Source: Azolla caroliniana
Lineage: Eukaryota > Plantae > Polypodiophyta
DNA length: 64,000 nt
Assembly (NCBI GenBank): GCA_043228905.1
Contig: JBHGNT010000002.1
Span: 26,846,001 to 26,910,000 of the forward strand
Direction of reading: 5' to 3'
The position numbers and the translations under genes were made by a program. Below are positions 25,212 to 37,531 of this stretch, one piece after another; within the stretch, counting starts at the first letter, position 1, and each line of letters opens with the position of its first letter. Under the pieces are notes generated by a model that was not told where the DNA came from, made no database searches, and saw nothing but the letters and a program-made list of their open reading frames with translations.

Positions 25212-28200
25212 GTCGGACGCATTTGAAATGAAGGACATGATGGACCTTCATTATTTTCTTAGAATCGAGGTGATTTGGACCCCCGATGGCATATTGCTAT
25301 CAACCGGAAGAAGGCCAAGACCCGGACGTGGTCCGATGTGGTGAAGGGCCTAAAAACGGAAGACGAGTTGTAGACTACCAACTCGGACAAAAGCTGGAAC
25401 GAATCAGAGGAAGCTGATTCGGTTCAACAGTTGGATTCGGAAGAGCCGGATCGACTAAACGTCAAGCAGACGAGAACGCAGCGGAAGTCGACACTAACAC
25501 GGAGGAACCAATGGGTCGATAAGCCCCGAAGTCATAGCAACGAAGGAGCTGAGATGGGCATGCTGAGTAGAGAAGCCGACCAAGGAGGACAAGGTGCGCA
25601 GAACCGGAAGGGTCGTGGGAAGCAGAACCGGACCAGACAACGAGCGCGACCAAGGCGGGAGGACGTCAAAAGGAGCCGGAGGAAAGGACCGGCTACTGTA
25701 GACATTGACACCACGATCCGACCTCAACTTGAGCTTGAGGGGGAGTGTTGAGCGAGCAAGCTCAACCGGATCCGGATCGGTATCCGAACAGAGAACCGGA
25801 TTGGTGTCCGCATGATATCCGGAACCAGGAGCCAGATCGGAGAGTTGAATCGAATTGAAACCGGTAGGCCGTTAGACCGTTAGAGGCCTACGGATCTAGC
25901 CTAGTATGTAGGCATATTTTTGGGAGTCAGTGACCATCGCTCGTATGAGCATTGAAGTCCATGTCAGTATTTCTGTTGGTCATTTATGGACTTGTATAAA
26001 AGTGTTCTGTAAGCACATTCTATGTACATAGAGTATTTTCGAATAGAGTTTTATGTTCTCGTCTCTCTCTGTCTCTCCCGTTGTCGTGAAGATTTTCGTC
26101 CATAGGCGGAAACCGGGGTGGAATAGGCAAATCGGTGGTGTGCACCATGTGCACATGTATACTAGGAAATGGTGCATAGAAATAAGAGGGGAAATTCTAT
26201 CCCACATTGTAAGGTCCCTCCCTCCTTTGCCTATAAAAGGAAGGGAGGGGTCACTTATGAGGGGTTGCCTATTTTGAGGGAGAGAGGCATACCACTTAGG
26301 TCGAGGGTTTCCTATTCGGTTTTAGGGTTTCGGTTAAGGTTTTCCTCTTGGGTTTTCCTTTAGGGTTTTGATATAGTCGTTTGGTGCGGCCATGGCGGCC
26401 ACCATTGTAAAGCGTTTGTTTTTCCTTAAGCTAACTTGTTGAGCATCTTGCCCGTCTATTCTACGTTATTGTCTTATTCTTTCTCACCTCCTCTTGAGCT
26501 AAGCTTCCATTTTGTGTCTTATTCTTTCTCCTCCACTCCCTAGTCCAAGACCCCCGTGGTCCCGCCCCTTCTACACGCACGCGCGTAACAACGCGACATC
26601 TTTGGTGAACCCGACGTGAAGGGCGGCAAGGGAGCATGGAGATGGAAGAAGACTTCGACTTCGAGGAGATGATGGCAAAGATCGTGATGGAAGCCGGACG
26701 GAAGATGGCGAAGCGAGATGCGGCTCAACAAGCCGTCGAAAGGGTGGTCGATCGAGTCGGCCGGTTCAATGGGAATGAGGTCCTAAAAATTTTGGGAGCC
26801 TACAAGGCCGAGATGGCGAAAGGGGCCGTAGACTAGGCAATGCGGCTAGAGTATTTTCCTCGAGTGGCGGCCATATCGGTGCACAAGGAGGTCAAGGAGC
26901 TACGAGAAGCTCATGAGTCGTGGGTGTCCTTTGAGGGAGCCCTATTGGAGGCATACGGGTACACGGAACCGGAAGGAAGAGGTCGACTTGAGTTCGATCA
27001 GTGGGTGTGCCGGCAACATGATGCGAGGCGGTCGACCACAACACGGCCCGCGAGCGGCGGAGAAGAGAGAACGACGAGTGAGTACGCACTACCACCGGAA
27101 GAGAGCTCAACGCAAAACGGTTCGGAGGAGCTCGACCTAGAGGTGCTAATACAGGAGGCATGCGAGCTTGTGAAGGCGAAAATCAGAGCTGAAGAAGGGC
27201 TTGTTATGGAGTTGGGCTAGAGGCGATCGGAGGATGCGGACGAAGAAGCCTTCCTAGACGTAGAAGACGGGGCCTATACGGAGGCCGAAAGAGCGTATGA
27301 CGGCAACATGGGAGAGGGTGCGGAGCAAGCGACCCTCTTGCATTGCGGTGAAGGGACGGCCATGGAGGCCGATAACTACGGATTCGGGACACGGCGGCCC
27401 AAAACATCAAGCGGGAAGCCCAGTGGCCGAAACGACGACGAAGGGGAGGCGGCAAGCATAATTGAGGCTTGCATAATTGGAGGCAGGTTAGCCGCGGACA
27501 ACGACGTCCGAACGGAAGCCGCTACGGACACAACAAGCGGCGGTGCCGGGTCGTTACCCACACCGGTCCTAGAGTCTCCGGCGGCCGGCCCGAGTGCCGG
27601 CATGAGACCTAGAGTGACGGGCGGTTGCGGCGGCAAGGCGGGCTACCACGACGGCGAGAACGACGAGGAAGAGGTGGCGACAAGCGTAAACGGAGACGGG
27701 GTAGCCACGAACGACGATGACCGAATGGAGGTGGCTACGAACGAAACGAGGGGCGGTGCCGAGTCCTTACCCACAATGGTCCTGGAGGCTCCGGTGGCCG
27801 GCTCGAGTGCTGGCGTGAGACCTAGAGCGACGGGCGGTGGCGGCGACAAGGAGGGCAACCAAGACAACGGCGAGGAAAGCGAGGAAGAAGGGGCGACAAG
27901 CATAATCGAGGCTTGCGGAATCGGAGATGGGGGAGCCGCGGACAACGACGTCCGGACGGAGGTGGCTACAGCAACGACGAGCGGAGGTGCCGGGACCTTA
28001 CCCACACCTATTCTAGAGATTTCGGCGGTCGACCCCGAGAGCCCACGTGAGGCCGGAGAGACAGAAGGTGGCGGCGGCAATGCGGACGATCGAAACAACG
28101 GCGAGGAAGGTCATAGCAGACGGAGGAGAGACCCCTCGACATTGGGGCCGGAGACTATGGTGGTTGCGCTCGAATGCCAACATAAGACCAGAGAGAAGGA

Positions 28201-30236
28201 CGGTGGTCGTGAGGAGGCATGGCCCGGAGCGAACACGTGCGAAGATGAGGATGCAAGGCCCGTAATGGGGATATACAAGAGGACCGACTGAGAGGTTGGG
28301 AACGGCAAGGAGGAGAGAGTCGGGAACCGACCCGACTAGAAAATGACCTGGTCGATAATCTGACACGACCGGAAGACGAGGCGGAAGAAGATTGGAGCGG
28401 GGTTCAGTCAACCGGGCCCGAACCGAAGAAGAGTCGGCAAGGCTGGATTTGTGCGGACAAACATGTACCGAACGGTTACGATTACGAAAGGGAGCCGACC
28501 AAACCGGAACTCGATCGGCCGAGACCGATCCGGGCAAAGGCTAAGTCGGCATGACTGGAGGTCGAGGCGAACGGGCTACAACACTCGGTGGGAGCCGGTG
28601 AGCGCGAGAAGGAGGCTAACCGGGCACGGTGATTACGGCTTGGCGGAAGATCGAGAGCAAGAGGAACCCTCCACACCTATTCTTGAGACTTCGGCGGTTG
28701 CGGATCAACATAAGACCGAAGAGACGGCGGGTGGCGGCGAGGAGTCGGAGACTGGAACGGACGAGGCTACCGGAACGGGTACCCGGTGCGTGAAGACGGA
28801 CGAGCATGGCCCAGACGGCAAGCCGGAGTCGAAAGGGGCTACGACAATAAAGGATGAAGAGACCGACGCGGGGGTCGGGTCTACGACGGATGAGGCGCGT
28901 AATACGAAGTATGCACTACGGCGTAAAAAGGAGCATGCACTACGGACGGCAAAGGGCCAAGAAGCAAGCATGCACCCAGAAGAGCGGCAACGAGTGACCG
29001 GAAACGGCGGACAGGTCGAGCCTTTGAGAGGCAAGCACGCGGCAAGAAACAGAGCGGTGAGTTGCCGGGGTCGGCGGATGAACGACGAGAGCGAAGGATG
29101 GTGCGCGGAGAACAACGGGGTACACACCGAGAAGAGAAGACGCGTCGGCTTCCCGGAGGGCATGCAAGGCCAAGCGGGCCAAGAGGGCGCAAGTCGAGGC
29201 GAGGCGGTAACGACAGCCTCAAGGGACACCGACACGGAGGTCGGGATGACGGTACGCTCTATGACGGGAGAGCATGACGGGCAAAGGAGAGGCAAGGAAC
29301 GTGAAATGGGGTCGCCTAAGGGCAAAAGAATGAGCGCATTTTCGGGGGACAACATCGGCGCACGAGAAGAGCCTATGGAAGGCAAGCGCGGAGCATGAAG
29401 AGTCGACACGCCGAGGTGTTCAGCATGCGGAGACGATAAAACCAAAGGAGGAACATACGCGGCACGAAAAGGGTGGAATCCGGAGTGTGATCGGAGAGTT
29501 CGGGAACGCACCCGGAGGACATACGAGCCTTTGTGAGGAATGCACGCGGCGAGAGACGGAGCGGTGAGGTGCCGGTATCAGCGGATGATCGGCAAGCATG
29601 GAAGGCTATGTCTTCAGAACCGGAGGAGGTGTGTGGAGAGCAACGAGCTATGCGCCGGGAAGAGGAAGCGTGGCGTCCCGGAAGGCATGCGAGGCCAAGC
29701 GGGCCAAGAGGACGAGAGTCGGGATGAAGCGGTAACAGGAGTCGCGAAGGACATTGACATGGTGGTCGAGATGACGGTACGCTCTACGACGAGAGAGCAC
29801 GGTGAGCAAAGGAGAAACGAGGAGCACGAAATGAGGTCGCCGAGGGACCGAAGAACGAGCGCATGTTCGGGAGACAACAAGCGCACACGGAAAGAGCCTA
29901 CGGAAGGTGAGCGCGGAACGGAGGGAATCGGCACGAGGTGTTCGAGATGAAGAGAGGATCGAGCCGGAGATAGAACACAAGCAGTACGCAAGGGGCGGAA
30001 TCCGGCGAGCAAACGGTGTGACCGAGGGCCTAATCAGACGACCTACATGGCGGACAAAGAAAGAGTGACCGGATCGGCAATGGCGTTCAGGAGGACCGAC
30101 CGGGGAGGAAGGCGCGTACGGTGGATATGGCGGTTCGGATGGAGTCGATGTTTCGGGGACACATGGTGGACGTGGTGGATCGGTTGGAGCCATCGGTTCG
30201 AGGACGTGCGACGGATATGGTGGAATGGGATGCTAC

Positions 30237-33200
30237 TGTCACGGATCATAAACTCAAGAGACAACCAAGAAGATAACCAAATGGACAAGAAAGAAGATAG
30301 TACTAAAGGAAAGACTCCATAACTGGTGTTGTTCACCTTGAATTCCTTCAAGGTGAACTCCTCTATTTATACTACATGGCATGCATACTTGTTGCACGCA
30401 TGTGAATCTACAATAGAGCATGTAGGTATGCATGCATGTACCAAGTGTAAATACTACAAGGGAGCAACTATGCACATGATGCTAGCAAAATAATAAGGAC
30501 CAATTACATACATAACTAGTACTACATATCTTGGTTAACTCATAATAGTAGATTATAACATGGTCGTGTCAAGAGTTCGAATCTTGACATTATCCCCCCT
30601 CTTACGCCGCCTTCCCAAATCGGCCGCTGGTTTGTGGGGATATCGGTGATGAAAATCTTGGACGACCTCTGGGGCATTTTGTAAATTTGCCGATGGTTCC
30701 CATGTGGCCTCAGACATGGGGTAACCCCTCCATAGGACGAGGTATTGCAAGTGTCGACGGTGCCAACGTGAGTCAAGGATTTGGTCGACCTCGTATTCCT
30801 CCCCTGTCGTCAATTGCAGAGATGGTGGTGGTGGGGCTTGACGTCTTGGGAGTTGTGAAGCATAATGGGGTTCGAGAAGGGAGACATGAAAAACATCGTG
30901 AATCCGGAAGTGGGATGGAAGGGCGAGCCGGAAGGCGACGGGATTGATGCACTCGATGATACGGAATGGTCCCAACTTCTTGTAATCAAGTTTCGCACAT
31001 GGACGATTAGTAGAGATGTGTCTACGTAACAATCAGACCATGTCTCCAACGACAAAGTGTGGAGTGGAAGATCGATGGCGATCAGCCTGCTTCTTGTATC
31101 GTTCACTAGCAAGACTAAGCTCCAAGGATAAATCATGATGTACTTCTTCCAAAATGAGGGCACGATCCTCCGCCGAAGGGTTCACAGAAGTGGTAGGAAG
31201 GGAAATGTCGAAGCGAGGATGTAAACCGTAGTTGGCAAAGAAGGGAGTGACGCCAGTCGATGCATGGAGAGAATTATTGTAGGCGAATTCCGCGAGCGAA
31301 AGTAAGTTGACCCAATCATCTTGTTGGTAACTAATCGAGCACCGAAGATACTGCTCAAGGATTTGGTTGACACGCTCCGTTTGCCCGTCAGTTTGGGGGT
31401 GATAAGCGGAGGACAACTTGACAGAGATGCCTAAAGTTTGTAGCAGGCGCTGCCAGAAGTGAGAGACAAATTGGGGTCCGCGATCCGAGATGACATCATC
31501 GGGGAGTCCATGCAAGCGTACTACATTGTTGAGTAGGAGATGCACCATTCCTTCTCCGGAAATGGTTTTGGAGCATGGAGTGAAGTGAGCCATCTTCGTA
31601 AACCGATCGACAACGACCAACACCGAGTCATAGCTATTGACCAAGGGTAGATCAGTTATCAGGTCCATAGAGATAGAGGCCCAAGGACGACGAGGACATG
31701 GAAGCGGCTGTAGTAAGCCGTATGGCCGATGATGAATGGCTTTGGAGCGAGCACAAACCTCACAACTCTTTATGTATTCTTTGACCAACTTCCATGGTTG
31801 TGGCCACCAATACCCCCGAGAGATTAGCTCGAGGGTTTTCGCGACCCCGAAATGACCTGCAAGTGGGTCATCGTGGCATTCCCGCAACACCCGGGTGCGA
31901 CATGGGCCCTCTGGGAAGTATAAGAGATGATCTCGGAACAACAAACCCTCTTGTATGGTGAAGGTGTCAAGATCCTTCCTTTTGGTCGCCTTGGAGGGGT
32001 TTTGCAGACTATCTCGAATCTCTTTGGCGAACGCATCGGTCTTGGATGCATCAGTGATTTGTTGGAGTAAAGAATCATCCTGCGACATACAAGTGGCAAA
32101 CAGATGCAATTGGTCGGGTTTCAACAAACGTCTAGATTGTTGAGCATAAGCAGCATCCCTAGGGCGGAGTGCAAGGTCAGCTCGGCGAGAAAGGGCATCA
32201 GCCTTCCCATGTTGGCCACCAGGTCGAAATACGATCTCAAAATCGTAGTCGGCGAGAAATGTCGACCAAGGGGCCTGCCTTCGATTCAAAGTACGAGTGG
32301 TGGAAAAATAAACTAAATTTTTATGATCAGTCACTACCTGGACACGATGTTGTGCGCCGGCCAAGTAGGGTCGCCATTCTTCAAAGGCAGCAATGATAGC
32401 AGCAAGCTCCTTGTCGTAAATGGGATAATTGATTTCGGATGCCGTAAATTTTCAGGAATAGTAAGCCACTCGGTGCATTAGGTTGTTGTCGTCTGCTTGG
32501 GATAAGATAGCGCCAATGGCAAAGTCAGAGGCATCGGTTTCGACTCGGAAGGGTTTTGTGGGGTCGGCATGTAGCAGCACCGGGGCAGTGATGAATGCGT
32601 GTTTGAGTGAGTCGAACGCATTTTGTGCCTCCGAGGTCCATAAAAATGGAGTGCCTTTATGGGTGAGAGCGATAAGAGGTTGTGCTAGGGTGGAAAACCC
32701 CTTGATGAAGCGACGGTAAAAATTCGCGAAGCCGAGGAAGGATTGCACATCTTTAAGTCGCCTTGGAGTCGCCCACGCCTGAATGACAGAGACCTTCTTC
32801 ATATCCATGGTGATGCCAGTGGGCGAGATGATGTAGCCTAGAAATTCGATCGAGGTACGGTCGAACTCGCATTTCTCGCCTTTGGCATAAAGGCCATGCT
32901 CGCGAAGTTTGGCAAGAACTAATCAGACTTGGCGAGTGTGCTCCTCCATGTTTGGCGAGAAAATGAGAATATCATCGAGGTAAATGACAACAAAAAGATC
33001 AAGATATTCCCGGAAAATATCGTTCATCATATGTTGAAAAACTGCGGGAGCGTTAGTAAGACCAAAAGGCATTACCTTGTATTCGAAATGCCAATACCGT
33101 GTTCGAAATGCGGTTTTCCATTCATCCCCCGGCTTGATGCGTACTAGATTGTACGCGCCACGCAGATCAACTTTGGAGAAGACACGCGCAACTCGGAGCC

Positions 33201-35527
33201 GATCAAGGAGTTCGGGGATCAAAGGTAGCGGATAGCGGTTGCGCATAGTGAGTTTGTTGAGACCTCGGTAGTCGACGCATAAGCTTAGAGAGCCGTCCTT
33301 CTTCTTCACAAATAAAATGGGGGCCTCGGCTGGTGACTTAGAAGGTTGAATAAAGCCTTTCTCGAGGTTCTCATCGAGATACACACGAAGGGCCTTCAAC
33401 TCTGGTGCAGACAACGCATATAGAGGACCAAAGGGTGGACACGCACCTTCTTGAAGATCAATCGGACAGTCGTAGAGCCGGTGTTCAGGCAACCGATCAA
33501 CATTACATTTTTCAAATACGTCAGAGAAGTTTTGGTATTTTTCGGGAATAACATGGAGTGTGTTAGAAATGGCGCCACAAACAAACCCATCCTGGACGGA
33601 TGATGGGGTAGTCAATTCGGAGTCGACCGTCTCCGAAGGATAGGAAACTGAATTTACCTTCATACTTTTGCACGAGGATCTTCGCTTGCTAAATGTGATC
33701 GAGCGGTTGCACCAATCCATTATTGGATTGTGCGCCTCCAACCACGTTAGTCCTAAGATGATCGGATGTCGAGGAGATGCGATGAGGTAAAAGGTGAGCT
33801 CCTCTTGGTGTGAGCCCACCCGAAGCCCTAATGGGATTGTAGCTTGAGTAATTGCACCTGACGAGAGGACGCACCCGTCGATGGCTTCAACTGGAATGGG
33901 TTTTGAGAGGCCAACGACAGGTACGCCATGTGCTTGGGCAAACGCGACGTCGATGAAGCAAGAAGATGCCCCAGAATCAAGTAAAGCAACAGACTGAATG
34001 GAACTAGAGTTAAACGAAAGCCATACCTCCAATGTGAAATTGCCTGATGGTCTGGCAATGGAACCAAGAGAATGTGGGCGACGAGAGATGTCCAGTTGCA
34101 TGCCTCCTACTGCAACCGAACGATGTCGTTTTCCGGATGTTGGGGTCCGTTAGCTCGATGGAATTGTGGGCAAGTACTCCTAGGACAATGGCGAACGACA
34201 TGACCGGAGGCGCCACAATACATGCACAAGCCATTAGCCCGCCGAAATTGTCGTTCAGCATCAGTCAATGGCCGAAATCGGGCTTGATCAATTTCCATGG
34301 GGACAGGAGCATCTGCCGAAGTAGGCGAGTGTGAGGATGCTTGGGGTTGTATGACCGGGGCGTGGCGTGGAAGTGAATGAGGTGGAACCCAAGTCCGGCG
34401 CTCTTCTTGGCGAAATTCAAAAAGACGATTGTCACAATGGACTGCTTGTGAAATCACTTGAGATAACGAGGTGGGCTCCGGAAAGTTTAAGAGAAGATTC
34501 TTGACATTGCTTCGAAGACCGCGTCGAAAGTGATGAGCTAAAGCTTGATCATCCCAATTGACGTCGCATGCTAGTTGTCGAAATTCGAAAGCATAGACCG
34601 AAGCTGCACGTGAACCTTGTTCGAGTGCATAAATCTTGTTAAGAGTTGTACGTCGTCGATCCCTCTCTCCAAATGTGGCCTCTAACTCGGAGAGGAAGGC
34701 GGGAAAGTCCTCCAATAAAGGTGATGAGGTTTCTACCAATGGTGCAAACCAAGCTTGGGCCGGACCGGAGAGAAGGGTGCCCACAAGGCCGACTTGTCGA
34801 AGACCATCTCCATAACGTTGAGGTTGTAGCTGAATGATAAGTCGAACTTGGTTGATGAACCCTCGGAAACGCGACCTCGTTCCATCAAATTTTTTCTGGG
34901 AGGCTAACCTTAGGCTCAAGAAACTGTGACGAAGCTAGGCTAGATGTTGGTAGAAGATCGGGCTCTAGGCTAGGTTGTTGTGGGAGACTAGGGTTCGGGG
35001 GTTGTGAGGATAGGGAGGTACCGACTTGAAGTTCTTGTAAAGAATTTCAAAGAGCTTCATTTTCAAGCTGTAGTTGTCGTAAGGCTACCATTATTTGGCC
35101 TAACTCACTAGTTGAGTCGGACATAGCTATGGCTTATGAGAGGGAGAGCTATGAGGATGGGAAGGTGAACAAACTGTCACGGATCATAAACTCAAGAGAC
35201 AACCAAGAAGATAACCAAATGGACAAGAAAGAAGATAGTACTAAAGGAAAGACTCCATAACTGGTGTTGTTCACCTTGAATTCCTTCAAGGTGAACTCCT
35301 CTATTTATACTACATGGCATGCAGACTTGTTGCACGCATGTGAATCTACAATAGAGCATGTAGGTATGCATGCATGTGCCAAGTGTAAATACTACAAGGG
35401 AGCAACTATGCACATGATGCTAGCAAAATAATAAGGATCAATTACATACATAACTAGTACTACATATCTTGGTTAACTCATAATAGTAGATTATAACATG
35501 GTCGTGTCAAGAGTTCGAATCTTGACA
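30237..35527 (-). mobile_element. Ty3/Gypsy chromovirus, full-length copy 2, inserted in the Trp-primed element
   Basis: Colinear with copy 1 at a constant offset of 10316. LTRs at 30237-30589 and 35175-35527; TSD GCTAC, which differs from copy 1 and indicates an independent insertion. Confidence 0.96.
30553..35124 (-). pseudogene. gag-pol of chromovirus copy 2
   Basis: ORFs 34919-34107 (gag), 34101-32923, 32808-32452, 32364-31033 and 31032-30553 (chromodomain). Private in-frame stops at about 35047, 32923, 32452 and 31033. Confidence 0.93.
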
Positions 35528-36285
35528 GCTACGACAGTTCGTGTGGAAGGGACGGGCGTGCTTGAAAAGGAAACGAAGCCGAGCAAGGCCAACGAGGACA
35601 CGGCGGACCTCGGTTTTATCACCATGGCCGAAAAATCTCACCTCTTCTCCCTTCTTGGCACATATCGGTGGATGTGCGGTTTGGTGGGGGCGGATGTCGT
35701 GAAGATTTTCGTCCATAGGCGGAAACCGGGGTGGAATAGGCAAATCGGTGGTGTGCACCATGTGCACATGTATACTAGGAAATGGTGCATAAAAATAAGA
35801 GGGGAAATTCTATCCCACATTGTAAGGTCCCTCCCTCCTTTGCCTATAAAAGGAAGGGAGGGGTCACTTATGAGGGGTTGCCTATTTTGAGGGAGAGAGG
35901 CATACCACTTAGGTCGAGGGTTTCCTATTCGGTTTTAGGGTTTCGGTTAGGGTTTTCTTCTTGGGTTTTCCTTTATTGTTTTGATATAGTCGTTTGGTGC
36001 GGCCATGGCGGCCACCATTGTAAAGCGTTTGTTTTTCCTTAAGCTAACTTGTTGAGCATCTTGCCCATCTATTCTACGTTATTGTCTTATTCTTTCTCAC
36101 CTCCTCTTGAGCTAAGCTTCCATTTTGTGTCTTAGTCTTTCTCCTCCACTCCCTAGTCCAAGACCCCCGTGGTCCCACCCCTTCTACACGTACACGCGTA
36201 ACAACACGACACCGTGTATGCTAAATATTCTCAAGCTTCCATTGAACCTGTTTTTCTATTCTTTGTTGCTGCCCAGCTAAACCGG

Positions 36286-37004
36286 TGTCGTAGTGTATTT
36301 CGTACACTACGTGAAAAAGTAAAAATAATATAACCGATTTAATTACGTATAAATAAATAAAATAAGAATATCAAAATATTTATCACGTGCATAGGGCAAG
36401 ATTCGAACCTTGTACCTCCACATAGCCAAACCTCAACTTTACCATTATACTACCTTACCTTTAGTGTTTTATAAATAGATTTAATAACTATAAGTGCTTT
36501 ATTTGCGCCTACCTTTATTAAAAGGTAAATCATGCATTTTTAGAGTGCGTGAATATTTTATAGAAAAACGCAAGCAACTAAAAAGTGACTCATGCACATC
36601 TAGCGTGCATGAGCACTATATTTAGCAAATAAAAGTAAGGATTAGAAAAGCATCACATGCACATTTAGTGTGCATGAACATATGAGAAAAAGCATGTAGC
36701 TATGCTTAGTCTCTCCCATCACTATATAAGGATGGGGAGCACATTGTAGTTTTTGTTGATTATTTTTCTATAATGATCAATCAATCTAAAATATTCGTGG
36801 GATTCACGAATTTGCTAAAATAATTCTCTTACTACCTAAATATTGACTAAATATACTAAACTCGTGGGATTCACGAGATTCTTATCTTATAACTCTTTAT
36901 ACCTATTCTTTACTAGCCTTATTTGTATTTTTCTTTCTCCTAGTCCAAAACCTCGGCGGTTCCCACCCGACTCACGCAACGATCCGGAGCCGAAGGGCTC
37001 GACA
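36286..37004 (+). mobile_element. Solo-LTR-like insertion (719 bp) with CCGG TSD, in the Copia 3' LTR
   Basis: Ends TGTCG..CGACA, with CCGG on both sides (36282-36285, 37005-37008). The intact 5' Copia LTR gives the empty site gctaaaccggttttgtcaag. Confidence 0.9.
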
Positions 37005-37078
37005 CCGGTTTTGTCAAGTTTCCGCACGCTAACTTTTACAAAAGCACTCCCCAAATCTGAAAATTAAATAAACACATA

Positions 37079-37531
37079 ATCAATCCTCCCTGTCACTCCC
37101 TAGAAATGTTTCATCCTCCATTAACATCATCCATCTCTACCACAAACTTAGACTACATAGATTTTTATTTATTTTTCTTCCATCTATAAGGACGGCTTCC
37201 CCAAGCAAAGTCATCCTTATAACATCAACCATGTCAATGGTTCTCACCCAAATCATGTACCTATAACAACACAAGAATATAGTAACCTCATCACCTCAAG
37301 AAAACCTCATCAATCCTCCCTGTCACTCCCTAGAAATGTTTCGTCCTCCATTAACATCATCCATCTCTACCACAAACTTAGACTACATAGATTTTTATTT
37401 ATTTTTCTTCCATCTATAAGGACGGCTTCCCCAAGCAAAGTCGTCCTTATAACATCAACCATGTCGACCGTTGTCACCCAAATCATGTACCTATAACACA
37501 ATAATATAGTAACCTCATCACCTCAAGAAAA
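37079..37531. repeat. Tandem duplication, 2 x about 230 bp, followed by older degenerate repeats to about 38400
   Basis: atcaatcctccctgtcactccctagaaatg...cacctcaagaaaa at 37079 and 37309, near-identical. cactcatcct and aaaaatgagtcta motifs recur through 37540-38400. Confidence 0.88.

Larger units (their letters stand above)
26082..36211 (+). mobile_element. Non-autonomous LTR retroelement (gag remnant, no pol), tRNA-Trp PBS, inserted in the Copia 3' LTR
   Basis: 517-bp near-identical LTRs at 26082-26598 and 35695-36211 (TGTCG..CGACA); 4-bp TSD CCGT at 26078-26081 and 36212-36215; PBS TGGTGAACCCGACGTGAA at 26603-26620; G-rich tract before the 3' LTR. Gag-like start at 26636-27010 with an internal stop; the remainder is GC-rich and internally repetitive. 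Confidence 0.92.
16000..37040 (+). mobile_element. Ty1/Copia LTR retrotransposon, decayed, host of nested insertions
   Basis: 5' LTR 16000-16432 (TG..CA); PBS tggtattagagc (tRNA-iMet type, 1 mismatch); PPT ttgaggggggag before the 3' LTR starting at 25746. The 3' LTR is split into 25746-26081, 36216-36285 and 37009-37040. TSD AAAGC at 15995-15999 and 37041-37045. Domain order is gag-PR-IN-RT. Confidence 0.95.

Noticed and set aside
27376-30193. Many overlapping antisense ORFs as host genes
   Set aside because: Expected from high GC content and stop-poor repeats inside an LTR element; no domain motifs.
19921-35527. The two chromovirus copies as a segmental duplication or assembly artefact
   Set aside because: Different TSDs and flanks, private stops and copy-specific LTR variants show independent insertions.
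36388-36458. Functional tRNA gene (also 40160-40225)
   Set aside because: A and B boxes are present but I could not form acceptor and anticodon stems; treated as tRNA-derived only.
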